A stretch of DNA of 64,000 nt from an uncultured Desulfarculales bacterium. GTDB taxonomy: Bacteria; Desulfobacterota; Desulfarculia; Desulfarculales; JAHJDS01. The stretch lies in NCBI GenBank assembly GCA_964569795.1, contig CAZMVB010000007.1, forward strand, positions 60,014 through 124,013, in the 5' to 3' direction. The notes beneath the pieces were generated by a model. The model saw nothing but the letters and a program-made list of their open reading frames with translations, was not told the origin of the DNA and did not search any database. Shown one piece after another: positions 62,367-64,000 of the stretch (positions are counted from its first letter, which is position 1; every line of letters begins with the position of its first letter). Made by a program: the position numbers and the translations under genes.

Positions 62367-63005
62367 ATGATGGCGGCCGCGTACCAGGACCGGGACGACG
62401 CCGGCCGCCGGTTGGCCGTGGCCCTGGCGGCCTACGCCGGACCCGGGACCGTGGTCCTGGCCATTCCCAACGGCGGGGTGGCCGTGGCCGTGCCCATCGC
62501 CCGCGCCCTGGACTGCCCCCTCCATCTGATGGTCGTCCGCAAGATTTTATTTCCTCACACCACCGAGGCCGGTTTCGGGGCGGTAAGCTCCGACGGGACC
62601 ACGGTCATCGATCAGGCCCTGGCCGGCAGGGCGGGGCTTTCAACGGCCCAGATCGAGACCCAGCGGCAACAAGCCCTCGAGAGCGTCAAGGCCCGCCTGG
62701 CCCGCTACGGCGCCCGGGCCGAGCCGCCGCCCCTGGCCGGCCGGACCGTGATCCTGGTGGACGACGGCCTGGCCTCGGGCTCGACCATGGAGGCCGCGGT
62801 CAGGATCGCCCGGAGCCGGGCGCCGCAGCGGATCGTCGTCGCCGCGCCCACCGCCTCGGCCCGGGCCATGGCCCGGCTCGAACCGCTGGTTGATGATCTG
62901 ATTTGCCCCCACGTGGGGACCGGTCCGGTCTTTGCCGTGGCCAACGCCTTTGCCCGCTGGTACGACGTCAGCGACGACGAGGTGGAAAGGCTGCTGGAGG
63001 GCTAA
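62367..63005 (+). CDS. phosphoribosyltransferase-family protein
   Basis: PRPP-binding loop VILVDDGLASGSTM and the upstream segment LAIPNGGVAVA. Confidence 0.85.
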   Translation: MMAAAYQDRDDAGRRLAVALAAYAGPGTVVLAIPNGGVAVAVPIARALDCPLHLMVVRKILFPHTTEAGFGAVSSDGTTVIDQALAGRAGLSTAQIETQRQQALESVKARLARYGARAEPPPLAGRTVILVDDGLASGSTMEAAVRIARSRAPQRIVVAAPTASARAMARLEPLVDDLICPHVGTGPVFAVANAFARWYDVSDDEVERLLEG

Positions 63006-63784
63006 ACTGACCTGGGTTTCAGGGTCGGGTCCCCGAACAGGGCGAACCGGAGCCACTTCATGCCCAGTTCCAGCAGGGCCTCGTCGGTCTCGCGGGCGGC
63101 CTCGATTTCCGCCGGGTCCAGATCAAAGGCCTCCCGGAACCGGGTGTTGAACACGAACTGACGGAAGCGGTCCAGGTTGTAGGACACCAGGTTGAACATC
63201 TGGATCTTGCGGAAGGCCTCCTCGTCGCTGACCGGCGCGGCCTTGAGGTCCTGGCGGGTGATGATCTCCATCCACTGATCGTTGTGGCGGTGATGGTCGT
63301 CCAGGCCCTGGTCGGCCATCCATTCCGGGGCGGTCCAGGTCGGTCCGGCCTCGAAACCCCGGCAGTGATCCTCCCTCACCAGGAAGAACATCTCCCGGGC
63401 CCGCCCACCGGCCTCTCCCGCGGCCGAGCCCCGGCCCAGGGGATAGAGCCGGCAGGCCCCGGGCCGGTCGGGATATACTTGGCAGCCGGCGGCGCTCACA
63501 AAGGGGCAGCGGCCGCCGGCGGCCATGGCCAGTTTGCGGCGGGGGAAGTCGCGCGGCCGGCCCGGATCGAGGCGGGTGCATTGTTCCAGAAAGTCGCCGG
63601 TGGGCAGCCCCAGGTTCCGGCTCAGCCGGAGGATGTCGTACGGGGTCAGGGTCAGGTCCAGCTTCTGGCAGCACTCGGTGAAGCAGGGCACCCCGGGGTG
63701 GCAGGCAAAGGTGAACCGCTTTTCCCCCAGGGGCTCGAACCGGGTTGACGGCCGATCCGCGGGGCTACTTGCCATCCGGTTCAC
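63002..63784 (-). CDS. YkgJ/UPF0153-type cysteine-cluster protein
   Basis: N-terminal CHPGVPCFTECC motif and later CPF...GCQVY...CRLYP. Confidence 0.75.
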   Translation of the reverse strand: MNRMASSPADRPSTRFEPLGEKRFTFACHPGVPCFTECCQKLDLTLTPYDILRLSRNLGLPTGDFLEQCTRLDPGRPRDFPRRKLAMAAGGRCPFVSAAGCQVYPDRPGACRLYPLGRGSAAGEAGGRAREMFFLVREDHCRGFEAGPTWTAPEWMADQGLDDHHRHNDQWMEIITRQDLKAAPVSDEEAFRKIQMFNLVSYNLDRFRQFVFNTRFREAFDLDPAEIEAARETDEALLELGMKWLRFALFGDPTLKPRSV

Positions 63785-64000
63785 TCTGGGCCTGGTGCTG
63801 GGCCACGATCTCGGGGCGGATCTTCAAGGTCGGCTCGCCGAACAGGCCGAACTTGATCCAGTCCAGGCCCAGCTTCAGCAGATCGACCTCGTAGCGAAGG
63901 GCCTTGAAGATGGTCTCCTCGGGGACGTCGAATTTTTGCAGAAACGAACTCTGAAACACGAAGTCCTTGAACCGGTCCAGGTCATAGGTGGCCATGAAGA
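63765..64000 (-). CDS. paralogous YkgJ-type protein, C-terminal fragment (gene runs off the right edge)
   Basis: Its C-terminal ~70 aa align with those of the 63002-63784 product: YDLDRFKDFVF/YNLDRFRQFVF and LFGEPTLK/LFGDPTLK. The stop overlaps the downstream gene start by 20 nt. Confidence 0.7.
   Translation of the reverse strand, partial: FMATYDLDRFKDFVFQSSFLQKFDVPEETIFKALRYEVDLLKLGLDWIKFGLFGEPTLKIRPEIVAQHQAQSEPDGK

Overview
Visibly GC-rich bacterial chromosomal segment that is densely coding: about 55 protein genes and one tRNA-Arg(UCU). I saw no rRNA, CRISPR array, transposase or integrase. Gene content points to an anaerobic sulfur-cycling bacterium, though the lineage cannot be fixed from this window. 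It carries aprBA-qmoAB followed by soluble hdrC/hdrB-like genes instead of a membrane qmoC, a lone cooS, cysE-cysK, a five-gene peptide/nickel-type ABC importer, two class III nucleotidyl cyclases, a cNMP-binding protein and an ECF sigma module. Five loci deserve a second look. (1) A minus-strand cluster (44256-49676) behind a near-consensus sigma-54 promoter encodes two CuA-motif cupredoxin domains, one of them fused to a NapH/NosR-like polyferredoxin membrane protein. It also encodes a type-1-Cu-like cupredoxin, a pentaheme cytochrome c and a PepSY-like protein, with a radical SAM/SPASM gene next door. No recognisable terminal reductase is present. (2) A YegI/YegK/YegL-type (TerY-P) vWA-PP2C-kinase triad in which the kinase carries a PIN-like N-terminus, zinc ribbons and a TM anchor. 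(3) About 430 nt of ORF-free, hairpin-rich sequence (39.9-40.3 kb) between a sigma-54-like promoter and a terminator-like hairpin. (4) An AT-rich single-gene island (12.7-13.8 kb) that appears to have replaced the 3' end of its neighbour. (5) Apparent pseudoenzymes: an arginase-fold protein and a Ser/Thr kinase-like protein, both lacking catalytic residues. Many long ORFs in the supplied track are antisense or off-frame artefacts of the high GC content and were rejected.
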